Below are positions 10,041-20,864 of a DNA stretch of 64,000 bases, in pieces; position 1 is the first letter of the stretch, and each line of letters starts with the position of its first letter. This stretch comes from Verrucomicrobiota bacterium (GTDB lineage: Bacteria > Verrucomicrobiota > Verrucomicrobiia > Opitutales > Seribacteraceae), in contig JAQBYT010000006.1 in NCBI GenBank assembly GCA_027622665.1, positions 1 through 64,000 on the forward strand. The letters are read 5' to 3'. The translations under genes were made by a program, and so were the position numbers. Below the pieces are notes generated by a model. It was not told the origin of the DNA and searched no databases. It worked only from the letters and a program-made list of their open reading frames with translations.

Positions 10041-11291
10041 ATGAACCATCTACTATTGGCGGCGGCGATATCGTTCGGGATCTCCTCGGTCTCGGCGGCG
10101 GTTTCGGTACTTGGCCAGAAGCCCGAGTGGTCTCGCTTGGATGCTTATCATAACAGCATCACGAGTTCGACGTTCGAGGAGTTGCTTCGAAAAGTTTACG
10201 TCCCACGGGAGTCTTGGTGGAAGGATTGGATTAAGATCGACGAGAAGGAAGCCCGTATCCGTAAGTTTGCGGGCAAGGAAGATTGGTATGTTTTGCCTTT
10301 TGCATCTTGTCCCGGAATTGCAGCGAAGAATCGCCGGCAAGAGTATTGGCGTCCCGCGGCGAACCTACGCGCCCTTGCCCGTAAAAAGCCATTGGCTGGT
10401 TTTTCCATCGCTTTGGACCCCGGCCATTTGGGTGGTAAATATTCGAAAATGGAGGGCCGACATTTTGTCATAGGCGAGGCTGCTGCAGTTAAGGAGGGTG
10501 ACGTCGCTCTCTTGGTCGCCAAGCGTCTCTCCAGGCGTCTTAGCGGATTGGGAGCGAAGGTTTCGCTGGTTCGCAATCGAAAGAAGCCCGTGACGATGGA
10601 CACCCCCAAGACTCTACGCAAAGAGGCCGAGGCGTGGCAAAAAAGAATCGAAGGCGATGCCGTGCCCACGCAAACGAAGAAGGAACGCAAGAAGTCGGTT
10701 CGTCGGCGTGGAGAAATTCTGTTCTTTCGATCGAGTGAAATGATGGCGAGGGCATCAAAGGTAAACGAAAAGTTAAAGCCCGACCTAGTCGTATGCATTC
10801 ACTTGAATGCTGCGCCTTGGCCCACTCCTGAAAAGAATTCGTTGGTGGAGCGGAATGATTACCACGTTCTCACCAATGGAGCATATTTGGGAGGAGAGGT
10901 CGCACTCGACAACCAGCGACTCGAGATGCTCGTTAAACTTCTGAACCGTTCCCATAAGGATGAACTCTCCTTGGCCGAGTGCATGGCACAGTCATTCAAA
11001 CGGGCGACCGGACTTCCTGCATTCAATTACAAAGGACCTAACGCGGTAAAGGTAGGGGAGGTTCCCGGCGTCTGGGGGCGCAACCTAATGGCCAATCGTT
11101 TGTACGAATGCCCCGTTGTTTTTCTCGAGCCTTACATCGCAAATTCCACGCAGGTTTTCGCCCGTATCCAGGCGGGGGACTATGACGGAGCCAAGATGGT
11201 GGCTGGAAAAATTCGTATCAGTCTTGTCGAGGAATACGTCGATGCCGTGGTTGCGGGCTTGGTCGCCCATGCGGCAAGTCACGCAAACTGA
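10041..11291 (+). CDS. Secreted N-acetylmuramoyl-L-alanine amidase (Amidase_3)
   Basis: Signal peptide from ATG 10041; IALDPGH, KEGDVAL, CIHLNA, VFLEPY zinc/catalytic motifs. Confidence 0.85.
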   Translation: MNHLLLAAAISFGISSVSAAVSVLGQKPEWSRLDAYHNSITSSTFEELLRKVYVPRESWWKDWIKIDEKEARIRKFAGKEDWYVLPFASCPGIAAKNRRQEYWRPAANLRALARKKPLAGFSIALDPGHLGGKYSKMEGRHFVIGEAAAVKEGDVALLVAKRLSRRLSGLGAKVSLVRNRKKPVTMDTPKTLRKEAEAWQKRIEGDAVPTQTKKERKKSVRRRGEILFFRSSEMMARASKVNEKLKPDLVVCIHLNAAPWPTPEKNSLVERNDYHVLTNGAYLGGEVALDNQRLEMLVKLLNRSHKDELSLAECMAQSFKRATGLPAFNYKGPNAVKVGEVPGVWGRNLMANRLYECPVVFLEPYIANSTQVFARIQAGDYDGAKMVAGKIRISLVEEYVDAVVAGLVAHAASHAN

Positions 11292-11292
11292 G

Positions 11293-12760
11293 CTAGGCCA
11301 AGATTTTCTTGGCCACGTCGCCAAAGACGTCGGTTAGACGGAAGTCGCGGCCTGCGTAGTTATAGGTCAGGGGTTCGTGGTCTAAACCCAGCAAATGCAA
11401 GATCGTTGCGTGGAGGTCGTGGAAATGCATTTCATCCTCGACTGCGGCGATGCCGTGCTCATCGGTAGCGCCGTAGCGCATGCCGCCTTTGAGTCCGCCT
11501 CCGGCCATCCAAAAGCTGAATCCGCTCGAGTTATGGTCGCGACCATCGGCTTTCTTTGCGTGGGGGGTGCGACCGAACTCTCCTCCCCATATAACCAAGG
11601 TGTCATGCAGCATGCCTCGCTGTTTGAGATCGGTCAGGAGAGCAGCCAAAGGTCGGTCAGTCGCTCCACAATTTGCTTTCAATTTGCTTTTGAGAGCACC
11701 GTGCTGATCCCAGTTCGCATGGGTGACCTCAATGTAGCGCACACCAGCTTCCGCCATACGCCGAGCGAGTAGGCATTGCCGACCGAAGTCGTTGGTCGCC
11801 TGATTGTCGACCCCATACATGTCCAACACGTGCCTGGGTTCGTCGGAAAGATCCAGCAGTTCGGGCACGCTGGATTGCATTTTGTAGGCGAGCTCGTAAG
11901 ATTTGATGACTCCCTCGATGCGCTCGTCGCTTCCTTTCCGACTGAGCAGCTTTTGGTTCATCGACTGGATGAAATCGATTTGTTTGCGTTGCAGGTCTGG
12001 TTTCAAGCTTTTGTTCGAAAGGTTGCCTATGGAGGCATCACCGATCTTTTTGTTCAGGTCGCCGATGGCGGTGCCTTGATGTACTGCCGGCGAGAGCTTG
12101 CTCGGCGGCGAGGGCAATCCGACCAAGTCGAAATAGACGCGGCGAAGAAGCGTGGTTTTACTGGCGTCCTGCCCGGGGTGCAACCCCGAGAACTCCAGTT
12201 TGGAGAGGATGAAGCGGTCGAGGTCCGATCGGACCCAGTTCGCCTGTTTGGGCTGGGGCGCCTTGCGTGCCTCTGGTTTTCGGAATGCCCAGTATTCGCG
12301 GGCTTTTTCCAAATCGATTTTTTCTTCCAGTCGCTGGCTGGATTTTCTTCCTTAAGGGCGGTAGGTCCAGTAGCCTCGGAAAAGGGCAATTTTATTTGCA
12401 CCCAAGTGGACAAGCTTCTGATTTCGCTGGTCTGAAGCTTCGCCATGGGCGGATGCCCGCTGTCGTCTCCCTTCTTCAGGCGAATCATTTGGAAGAGCCT
12501 TGATTTAGCTAACTTGCTTCCTAGCAGCACTACGGGCTAGCCCGAGACGCCTTCCTTGAGAAAACCTTCCCGATGATCTAGACGCAGTCCACCCTCGAGT
12601 TTCTTGGACTTGGCGGAGTGGCATTCGAAGCAGTGCTCGGCCAAGAGTGGGCGCACCTTTTTCTCAAAAAAAGTGATTTGCGGCGGCTTAAAGGTTTGTC
12701 CGCTTGCGGCGTAGGTGAAAACAAGCTGACCAAGGCTGATAGTTTGAGAAGCTCTTTCAT
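11293..12760 (-). pseudogene. Collapsed planctomycete cytochrome c/DUF1549 gene fused to the C-terminal half of a DUF1501 gene
   Basis: [18 protein letters not shown]...GGLRLD with frameshifts and in-frame TAG (12537-12539); then YWAF...LDRFILSKL...LLRRVYFDLVGLP joined directly to PAVHQGT...FGRQCLLARR...GGEFGRTP...GRDH. Confidence 0.85.
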
Positions 12761-12842
12761 GTCGTCCGTGCGCGGTTAAACAAAAAATACAACAAGCTTA
12801 TCTATTTGAATAGACTACTGGAGGGATATCGGGATACTTTTC

Positions 12843-13364
12843 CTACTTTAGAGCACCTTCCGTCATAGCCTTCATCTTATCCGCATTTGCATTAACGGCG
12901 GCTTCTGGACCAGTCATTTTAACGAAGATGGCTCCCTGCTTCCCTTCGATAATAGCTCCCAATAACGCGTAACCCTCTTTCGGAGTCTTTGGACCGAAGG
13001 AACGACCGCTCATGAAAGTTCCGGTGGCTCTTGCATAAGTGACTTTTGTGTCTCCCACCGTTTTACCTTCCACTTTTTTGTTCTCGGCGTTTTTGAATTG
13101 GCCCATCCAGCGGTCGATGTTCGCCTTTACACCACCGGCGCCACCTGCGCCGAAGTAAAAGAATACGACTTCTGCCGACTCTCCACTCTTGCCTGGGGCC
13201 AAGAATTGAGCTTTGCGCATGGAGGAGGAAGGCGCTGACGCCTTCCATCCCCCCGGCGAGCTAAACGTGTAACCCGCAACGGAGAATTTTTCGGCATTTG
13301 CCGAAATCGCTGAACCCCAAGCGAGCAAAGCGCCCGCGAACATAAATAGGTAACTCTTTTGCAT
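12843..13364 (-). CDS. Secreted conserved hypothetical protein (PVC-type, GGVKANIDRW motif)
   Basis: Signal peptide; SSSMRKAQF, GGAGGVKANIDRWMGQF, FVKMTGP; start chosen from promoter spacing. Confidence 0.75.
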   Translation of the reverse strand: MQKSYLFMFAGALLAWGSAISANAEKFSVAGYTFSSPGGWKASAPSSSMRKAQFLAPGKSGESAEVVFFYFGAGGAGGVKANIDRWMGQFKNAENKKVEGKTVGDTKVTYARATGTFMSGRSFGPKTPKEGYALLGAIIEGKQGAIFVKMTGPEAAVNANADKMKAMTEGALK

Positions 13365-13433
13365 GCTTTCCATTTTCTCCCACCACAGTACCTGAGTCAA
13401 CGGCAATGCTTGCCGAGATGGAGTTGAACTCGG

Positions 13434-14684
13434 CTACCTTGCGGGTTTTGCAGGCAAGCGAAAGAGGTGCGAGTAGGTGCGGAAGTAGAGGCTTTTGTTG
13501 GCTACGGCAGGTGTGTTGTGTGTGAGTTCGCCGAGAGAAGATATTCCGAGAGCTTCGTATTTGTCGGACGCTGTAAAAGTGGCGACGTTGCCTTCACGAG
13601 ATACGGCATAGATGACCTTGCCGACCATAATGGGTGAGGCGAAATAGTTGCCGTCTAGACGTTCGCGCCACTTCATTTCGCCCGATGCTAAGTCGAGGCA
13701 GGAGGCGATGCCGCCATCGGTGACGAGGAAGAGCAGGTTCCCTTTTGCAATGGAGGTGGGTACGTAGGGGATGTTCTTCTTCAGGGAATAGGCGATGGTG
13801 GGTTTGCCCTTGCCGCTTTTCGGTGGAATGACCGAAGCGAATCGACTGGCCCGGCCACCTGAACCGCAACTCGCGAAGAAGCGTCCGTTGGCAGGATAGG
13901 GGGATGCCACGCTGCGGAGGTCTAGGGTCTCGGGGCCGGTTTCCCAAAGGATTTTTCCTGATTTGGCATCGACGGCGTAGCAACCGTGGGCCATCGAACT
14001 GGTCACGAATTGGAGGGGACCATCCTTGGGTTGGTAGACGCAAGGCGTGGACGAGGAGGGCTTGGCGGACGTACGTGTGGTTTGCCATACGGTGGCCCCC
14101 GTCTTTCGGTCAACTGCGATTACATTGCTATCCCCATAGTGGTCGTGGGTGAGAACCACTAGATCACCATGTACTATTGGCGAGAAGCCGTTCCCGTGCT
14201 GGGTTTCGTAACCACCGAAATCGCGTCGCCAAAGCAGGTTGCCGTCATGGTCGAAGCAGAGGAGATCGTTGGATGCCTTGGTGGTCCAGTTCACAAAGAG
14301 GTATTTGCCATCCACGCATGGGGTGGAAGATGCGAGACTGTTGAACTTGTGGTGCGGGTATTTGACTGACTCGAGTTTCTTTTCCCAGACTTTTTCACCG
14401 TTGATGGCATCGTAGCAGAGCACGTACTGGGAACCGTCCGTCTCGTCGGAGCAAGTTGTGAAAAGGCGAGTTCCCCATAATACGGGGGATGCGTGACCGA
14501 CGCCCGGGAGTTTTACTTTCCACGAGTAGTCGGAGATCTCCCATGTTGCGGGCAATCCTTGGGCTTGTCCGTGTCCCGTCCCGTCCGGACCGCGAAAGCG
14601 CGTCCACTCTCCTGCATTTTCTTTGGCTAAGACGGAGAGCAAAGGAAGAATTATTCCAAGAACGGCTAAGATGAGAGATTTCAT
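13434..14684 (-). CDS. PQQ-binding-like beta-propeller protein (BamB-like)
   Basis: Signal peptide, WTRFRGPDGTG, repeated D..TG..xW propeller motifs. Confidence 0.9.
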   Translation of the reverse strand: MKSLILAVLGIILPLLSVLAKENAGEWTRFRGPDGTGHGQAQGLPATWEISDYSWKVKLPGVGHASPVLWGTRLFTTCSDETDGSQYVLCYDAINGEKVWEKKLESVKYPHHKFNSLASSTPCVDGKYLFVNWTTKASNDLLCFDHDGNLLWRRDFGGYETQHGNGFSPIVHGDLVVLTHDHYGDSNVIAVDRKTGATVWQTTRTSAKPSSSTPCVYQPKDGPLQFVTSSMAHGCYAVDAKSGKILWETGPETLDLRSVASPYPANGRFFASCGSGGRASRFASVIPPKSGKGKPTIAYSLKKNIPYVPTSIAKGNLLFLVTDGGIASCLDLASGEMKWRERLDGNYFASPIMVGKVIYAVSREGNVATFTASDKYEALGISSLGELTHNTPAVANKSLYFRTYSHLFRLPAKPAR

Positions 14685-15463
14685 TTCGGAGAGTTATTGG
14701 CCCTCGGATCAGGCTTCAGATACACCATGAAATGTTGTTGGGGAAGCATGTCTCGAGTTTCCTTCCAATCGAAGCCAATGGCTTTCATTTCCTTTTTGGA
14801 CTGTGCTTGTGTCATCTTGTGTAGCCGTTTGATCGGAACTTTCGGATCTTCCAGCCGATATTCGATTAATACCAGACGACCTCCTGGTTTTAGAGCCTTC
14901 AAAATGGAAAGGGTCATTTCTCGAGGATGGGAAAACTCGTGGTAAGCGTCCACAATGAGGACGCAATCGACAGAGTTCTCGGGTAGTTTGACATCGGTTA
15001 TCGTACTTAGAACGGGAATCACGTTCTCGGTCTTGAATTTGCCAATGCGACCTTTGACAATGGCGAGCATCTCCTTGGAGATATCAACGGCGTATGCTTT
15101 GCCTTCAGGCACTAGTTTTGCCAATCGAAAGGTGAAGTAGCCTGAACCTGCGCCTATGTCGGCAACGATCTCTTTCGGCTTCAACTCGAGGTTTTTGACG
15201 AGGAGATCGGTCCTTTCCTCTCGCTCTCTTTCGGATCGCTCCAACCAACCCGCGCCGAGGTGCCCCATTACCTGAGAGATTTCCCGATCCATGTATATTT
15301 TTCCGGTTCCGCCTCTCGTGGGAGTCTTCTGAGTATATGTCGGTTCCGAGACTGCAAGAGTTCCTTTTGCCGATTCTTTTTCGGCGTACGCGGTACTGGC
15401 AAAGGGAAGCAAGGCAAGGATTACCAAGGTTTTCGACATTTTGGCTATTACTGAATTGATCAT
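14681..15463 (-). CDS. Secreted class I SAM-dependent methyltransferase
   Basis: VADIGAGSGYF, VDAYHEF, LKPGGRLV; N-terminal YMDREISQVMGH. Confidence 0.9.
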   Translation of the reverse strand: MINSVIAKMSKTLVILALLPFASTAYAEKESAKGTLAVSEPTYTQKTPTRGGTGKIYMDREISQVMGHLGAGWLERSEREREERTDLLVKNLELKPKEIVADIGAGSGYFTFRLAKLVPEGKAYAVDISKEMLAIVKGRIGKFKTENVIPVLSTITDVKLPENSVDCVLIVDAYHEFSHPREMTLSILKALKPGGRLVLIEYRLEDPKVPIKRLHKMTQAQSKKEMKAIGFDWKETRDMLPQQHFMVYLKPDPRANNSPK

Positions 15464-15551
15464 GTCGCAAAGATTGCCTGCTTTGGCATCCTTTAGGCAA
15501 ATCTATATTGTTGAACGTCTAAAGATCGCAAGCTAAGGTGGGAGAGGTAGT

Positions 15552-16439
15552 ATGAAAGTGATTCGAGCGAAAAGTGCCGGCTTTTGCTGGGGAGTAGAGC
15601 GTGCAATTCAAGTTGCTCGCGAGCAAGCCGATGGTGGAAAACGGACCGTTTACACGGACGGGCCACTGATCCACAACAACCAGATGATGACGGCACTTAG
15701 CACAGAGGGCGTTCGCGAGGTGGGGGACTACCGAAGTAGTTCGTCCATAGAGTTGGATGAGGATGAACGCAAAGATTCCGTCGTCGTCGTGCGTGCTCAT
15801 GGCATTTCGCCCGAGCGTAGAAAGTACCTCAAGGGTCTCGATTTGCCCTTCAAGGATGCGACCTGCCCGGATGTTGGTATTATTGCGGGCAAGGTGCGCA
15901 TGCATGCCGTCAAGGGTTACGACGTGGTTATCTTCGGGGATCCTTGCCATCCCGAGGTTATTGGTCTCATGGGATATGCTGCCGGGAGAGGTCATGCCGT
16001 CCAGACTGAAGAGGATTTGGGTACTTTGCCCGATTTCGAGAACGGTGTGGCGATGGTCTCGCAGTCGACCATGTTTACTCACGAATTTGAACACCTTTCG
16101 GCCCTTCTTGCTCAAAAGTATCCCGAGCTTGTCGTATTCGATACGATTTGCGGCGCGACCAAGGAACGTCAGTCTGACTTGCGCCAACTAGTGGCGGAGG
16201 GGGCCGAGGCCATAGTCGTTATCGGCGGCCATCATTCCGCCAATACCTGTAAATTGGCCAAGTTGGCCGAGTCCCAGAACCGCCCCACCTTTCACGTCGA
16301 GACGGCAGAGGAACTTGATCCTTGCGTCATGTCTCGTTTCGCGAGCGTTGGTGTAACTGCGGGAGCTTCCACTCCCGAATTCATTATCGATGGCGTTTGT
16401 CGTTCCTTGGAGTCCATGGAACCATCTTCCGAAGTTTAA
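15552..16439 (+). CDS. ispH: 4-hydroxy-3-methylbut-2-enyl diphosphate reductase
   Basis: AGFCWGVERA, LIHN, DATCPDV, HPEV, TICGAT, SANT, TAGASTP. Confidence 0.97.
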   Translation: MKVIRAKSAGFCWGVERAIQVAREQADGGKRTVYTDGPLIHNNQMMTALSTEGVREVGDYRSSSSIELDEDERKDSVVVVRAHGISPERRKYLKGLDLPFKDATCPDVGIIAGKVRMHAVKGYDVVIFGDPCHPEVIGLMGYAAGRGHAVQTEEDLGTLPDFENGVAMVSQSTMFTHEFEHLSALLAQKYPELVVFDTICGATKERQSDLRQLVAEGAEAIVVIGGHHSANTCKLAKLAESQNRPTFHVETAEELDPCVMSRFASVGVTAGASTPEFIIDGVCRSLESMEPSSEV

Positions 16440-16481
16440 GATTATTCCGTCTCTAATAGAAATTTCATCCCTGTTCCCGAT

Positions 16482-17906
16482 ATGACCACTTTCATACCCA
16501 ATATTCTTGCCGATCGATACGCTTCCTCCGCTATGTGCGATTTGTGGTCGCCCGAGGGGAAGGTGATTCTTGAACGCGAATTCTGGATTGCAGTGATGAA
16601 GGCTCAGCGCGACCTCGGTTTGGGTATCCCCGCCGATGCCATTGAGGCTTCCGAACGAGTAAAGACACTAGTTGACCTTGAGGCTATCAATGAACGGGAG
16701 AAGGTGACTAAGCACGACGTGAAGGCCCGGTTGGAGGAATTCGCCTCGAAGTCGGGTCACCAGCATGCTCACAAGGGAATGACCAGCCGCGACCTTACGG
16801 AAAACGTGGAACAACTTCAGGTTCACCGATCTCTCGGCATTGTGCTGGGAAAGGGCGTTTCCTCGCTCCTCGCCTTGGCCAAGCAGGCGGAGGAGCACAA
16901 GGCGCTTCCACTTACGGCGCGTTCCCACAACGTTCCCGCTCAGTTGACAACTCTTGGGAAACGGTTTGCCATGCATGGCGAGGAATTGGAACGGTCGCTA
17001 GATGGTTTGGTCCGCCTGTGCGCCACCTACCCCTTTCGGGGGCTAAAAGGTGCGGTAGGCACTCGTCTCGATCAAATCACCCTCCTCGGAGACATTGAAA
17101 AGGCCGAGCGACTCGATGGTCTCTTGCTTGAGCACCTTGGTTCCCCGGGTTCTTTGCAGATAGTAGGCCAAGTCTATCCCCGAAGTCTCGATTTCGAAGC
17201 CGTATCACTTCTCTTCAGGCTTGCTTCAGGTCCTGCCAGTTTCGCCAAGACCCTCCGCATCGCAGCGGGGCATGAGCTGATGGGAGAAGGGTTTGCCAAG
17301 GGGCAGACGGGTTCTTCCGCCATGCCTCACAAGATGAATAGCAGAAGCTGCGAACGGATTAATGGCTTTCATGCTATTCTTTCGGGACACCTGGCCATGG
17401 TCGCTTCTCTTTCGGGCGATCAATGGAACGAAGGCGACGTTTCTTGTTCAGTCGTGCGTCGTGTAGCTCTTCCGGATGCCTTTTATGCGATGGACGGCTT
17501 GCTCGAAACTTTTCTTACAGTACTCGTACAAATGGAAGTTTTTCCAGAAGTGATTGGCGCGGAGTGCCGTCGCTATCTTCCCTTCCTTCTATCAACGACT
17601 ATAATGATGGAAGCCGTGAAGGCGGGCGCTGGTCGGGAGGATGCCCACGCAGCCATCAAGGAGCATGCCGTAGCGACCGTTCGTGACCTTCGAGAAGGTC
17701 GTATAGCGAGCAACGACCTTCCCAGTCGCTTGGCTGCAGACGATCGAGTGGGTCTTTCAGTCGAAGCCATCGATCTTTTAATCTCTGAAGGCGAAACCCG
17801 AGTGGGGGCAGCCGTTCATCAAGTGGAAGGCTTCCTTGAGCGAGCCAAATCTTGGGGCGAGCGATACCCCGATGCAGCCGAATTTAAACCCGCGTGCATA
17901 TTGTAG
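16482..17906 (+). CDS. purB: Adenylosuccinate lyase
   Basis: TKHDVKA, HKGMTS, GSSAMPHKMN, NEGDVSCSVVRR. Confidence 0.96.
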   Translation: MTTFIPNILADRYASSAMCDLWSPEGKVILEREFWIAVMKAQRDLGLGIPADAIEASERVKTLVDLEAINEREKVTKHDVKARLEEFASKSGHQHAHKGMTSRDLTENVEQLQVHRSLGIVLGKGVSSLLALAKQAEEHKALPLTARSHNVPAQLTTLGKRFAMHGEELERSLDGLVRLCATYPFRGLKGAVGTRLDQITLLGDIEKAERLDGLLLEHLGSPGSLQIVGQVYPRSLDFEAVSLLFRLASGPASFAKTLRIAAGHELMGEGFAKGQTGSSAMPHKMNSRSCERINGFHAILSGHLAMVASLSGDQWNEGDVSCSVVRRVALPDAFYAMDGLLETFLTVLVQMEVFPEVIGAECRRYLPFLLSTTIMMEAVKAGAGREDAHAAIKEHAVATVRDLREGRIASNDLPSRLAADDRVGLSVEAIDLLISEGETRVGAAVHQVEGFLERAKSWGERYPDAAEFKPACIL

Positions 17907-18038
17907 CTACAGCTCGGTTGGATTCTCCTTTCCCTCTTTTTCTCGGGATATTTAAATACGGTCTCGTGAATTTTGCGATTGCCATGAGGGCGAGAACATT
18001 ATGCACTTTTCAGCTTTTCATTTTGATCATCAAGACAC

Positions 18039-19301
18039 ATGGCAGAGGAACTTGAAGGTAATTGTTTGGTCGCCCAATCGGGCGGTCCTACTTCCGTTAT
18101 TAACGCGAGCGTAGCCGGTGTGGTGACGGAAGCTCTCAACAACCCGTGCATCGAAGAGATTTATGGTGGGCTCAACGGCGTCCTTGGGATTTTAAAGGAA
18201 GATCTTATCGATCTTGCGGAAGAGTCGCAGCAGAATATTCGAGGACTTAGGCATACGCCTGCCTCCGCTCTCGGCACCTGTCGTTTTAAGCTTAAGCGCG
18301 ACGAAGACTATCAACGAATCGTCGATGTGTTCGAGGCTCACAACATTCGATATTTCTTTTACGCGGGTGGGAACGACTCCCAAGACACCGCGGACAAAGT
18401 ATCCCAGCTCGCTCAGAAAAGAGATTACAAATTGCGCGTGATAGGTATTCCCAAAACCATCGACAACGACCTCGTAGCAACCGATCATTGTCCGGGGTAT
18501 GGCAGTGTAGTGAAATACATCTCCACCGTGGTTCGTGAGATGGCGCTCGATCACGAGTCCATGGGACAGCACGATCTTGTTTCAATCGTAGAGGTCATGG
18601 GGCGTAATGCCGGTTGGATTGCCGCTGGCGCTACTTTGGCTAAACGTCGTGAACATCCCAATGACGCTCCCCATTTGATTTACCTTCCTGAGCTTCCTTT
18701 TTCCCGACAGAAATTCATCGAGGATGTCCAAGAGGTTTTGAAGAAAAACCGTTACTGCTTGGTCGTAGTAGGCGAAGGGCTCAGGGACAAAGACGGAAAC
18801 TACATAGCTAATTCAGGATCGGGGAAGGACGCTTTTGGTCACGCCCAACTTGGTGGCGTAGGAGAGGCCTTGGCTAATCTTGTCGAAGAGAACTTGGCGG
18901 TTAAAGCGCGTTCATGCAAATTGGGTGCCGGCCAAAGAGCTGCTGCTCATTGTTCGTCGCAGACCGACAATGATGAGGCGTTTATGGCGGGGCAGGCGGC
19001 GGTTCGCGCTGCCATTGGCGGAGAAACCGACAAAATGGTTATTCTCGTTCGGGGCGAAGAGGAAGCTTACTCCTGTGAAACCGGATTGGCTCCACTTTCC
19101 GAAATCGCCAATGGAGTTAAAGAAATCCCCAGTGATTGGATTTCGGAAGACGGTGTAAGCATGACTGCGAAATTCATAAAGTATGCCCAGCCGCTTATTC
19201 AAGGCGAAGTGGCGGTTCCATACGAAAACGGCTTACCGGAATTTTCTCGGCTTTCCAAGAAACGTGTCAGGAAGGTTCTGGATGCTCATTCCTTCGAATA
19301 A
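18039..19301 (+). CDS. pfp: 6-phosphofructokinase, probably PPi-dependent
   Basis: QSGGPTSVIN, GGNDS, PKTIDND, EVMGRNAGW. The Asp in GGND and the Lys in PKTIDND are the PPi-type residues. Confidence 0.85.
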   Translation: MAEELEGNCLVAQSGGPTSVINASVAGVVTEALNNPCIEEIYGGLNGVLGILKEDLIDLAEESQQNIRGLRHTPASALGTCRFKLKRDEDYQRIVDVFEAHNIRYFFYAGGNDSQDTADKVSQLAQKRDYKLRVIGIPKTIDNDLVATDHCPGYGSVVKYISTVVREMALDHESMGQHDLVSIVEVMGRNAGWIAAGATLAKRREHPNDAPHLIYLPELPFSRQKFIEDVQEVLKKNRYCLVVVGEGLRDKDGNYIANSGSGKDAFGHAQLGGVGEALANLVEENLAVKARSCKLGAGQRAAAHCSSQTDNDEAFMAGQAAVRAAIGGETDKMVILVRGEEEAYSCETGLAPLSEIANGVKEIPSDWISEDGVSMTAKFIKYAQPLIQGEVAVPYENGLPEFSRLSKKRVRKVLDAHSFE

Positions 19302-19361
19302 ATCTCGATAGTTTCCGCTGCTGGGTATGGCACCCCAAGAGGATTCCCAGCCTCCAGATGG

Positions 19362-20864
19362 TTATAGAGCTTCGCTGAAGACGGAGATTATTTCCTGCAC
19401 TTCCTCTTCTCCTACCGACACCCTGATCAATCCGGGCGATAGCCCTGCAGATGCGAGAAGGTTTCTGCCTTGATTGTTTTGCATCAGGTCGTAGTGGGCC
19501 AGATGGACATAGGGGCAAAGGAGAGAAAACTTGGTTCCGAAACTAGGGCTCTTCAGTATACGAATTTTATCGTAAAAGGATTCAATCCCTTCCTTCAGTT
19601 CGAAAGCTAACGCACATCCGGGTTTCTCATCTCCCGCCAGTTTCCGGTAATTGGGTTCAAAGGATTCCGAATAAGACCAGTGTAATTTTTTGACGGAGGG
19701 ATGACTTTCAAGGAATGTCGCCAACTCCATTAAGTTCTTATTCGTGTGCTCGACCAGATCCGGGTAGTGACGCATCTCAAACGCAAGACGCGCCAGATCG
19801 CGGGAATAGGGTGGGGCAATGTAATGCCTGACTCTGTCTATCCATGCGGCATGGCTGGTCGAGTGTTTTGGGAAGGCGAGGCAGCCTAGCATCACGTCGC
19901 CCTCGTTGGCCGCGTATTTCGTGAGACTGTTCACTATCACATCTGCGTGGTTCGCTACTTTTACGTTTCTTGGGCTCGCCATTGTCGGGTCTACCACCAG
20001 CATCGCACCGTTTGCGCGACAAAGATCCCTGACCTCATCCAGATTACAGGTGTGGAAAAGAGGATTGGTGGGGACCTCGGTCACTACCGCGGCGATTTCG
20101 GATCCTCTTTCGCTAAAGAGTTTTCGTAGTTCCGACAGATCCGACACATTGTGAATGGCTATTGATTTCGCCCGATTCCCGGAGAAATCACTGAGAACCT
20201 TGATCGTATCCACATAGAGCCAACCAAACTGTATCCAGAGAGTACGGCCTTGATCGGCTAGATGTTCTCGGGTCCCACGAAATAGGGCATGGAACGCATT
20301 TGCCCCCGAGGTCGCGAGGAGGATATTCTCGGGCAAAATTTCTTCGCCCATGGCATTGGCAATTTGCCTGCGGGTCTGTATCGATGCGTTTTCCTCCTCT
20401 TCCGTTTCTTCTTGCCGGACTGTCGCCACGCCGCGAGCGGCTAATATGTCTTCCGCTTGTCTTGATGAGATCGAAAATCCCGTATGCTGAAGAAAAGTTT
20501 TGCCCGCCTTTTGTAATTCCGGAGACTCCTTTGCGTGAGCGAGTACAAACCCATTTCTTTCCTCGAACTCGATTTCGTGCGGAGTGAGGAATTCTCTGAA
20601 GTCATCGACTGCCCTTCGACTGGCCAAGGCAAAGCCCGTTCGATCCTTGCACCCCTTTTCCAAAAGCAGTTCATTGATCAACTTGGAGATCAGCCTGTGA
20701 GTCACAAAACGTGGATACCCTGCTGGGATTTTATTGATGACTGCCGGGTCCTTGGTCTCATAGCCGACGACGTCGGTCATCGTGGGTAGGCTCACGCAGA
20801 CTGCGTGTTCACTGGCGGGCACCTGTTCGCCCAATGGGAAATGACGTAAGCCCGAAGGGGTCAC
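19362..20864 (-). CDS. Cys/Met metabolism PLP-dependent enzyme (cystathionine gamma-synthase-like, long form)
   Basis: EVPTNP, VVDPT, NSLTKY (PLP Lys), [13 protein letters not shown]-terminal HAVCVSLPT...VGYE...GYPRF. Confidence 0.87.
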   Translation of the reverse strand: MTPSGLRHFPLGEQVPASEHAVCVSLPTMTDVVGYETKDPAVINKIPAGYPRFVTHRLISKLINELLLEKGCKDRTGFALASRRAVDDFREFLTPHEIEFEERNGFVLAHAKESPELQKAGKTFLQHTGFSISSRQAEDILAARGVATVRQEETEEEENASIQTRRQIANAMGEEILPENILLATSGANAFHALFRGTREHLADQGRTLWIQFGWLYVDTIKVLSDFSGNRAKSIAIHNVSDLSELRKLFSERGSEIAAVVTEVPTNPLFHTCNLDEVRDLCRANGAMLVVDPTMASPRNVKVANHADVIVNSLTKYAANEGDVMLGCLAFPKHSTSHAAWIDRVRHYIAPPYSRDLARLAFEMRHYPDLVEHTNKNLMELATFLESHPSVKKLHWSYSESFEPNYRKLAGDEKPGCALAFELKEGIESFYDKIRILKSPSFGTKFSLLCPYVHLAHYDLMQNNQGRNLLASAGLSPGLIRVSVGEEEVQEIISVFSEAL

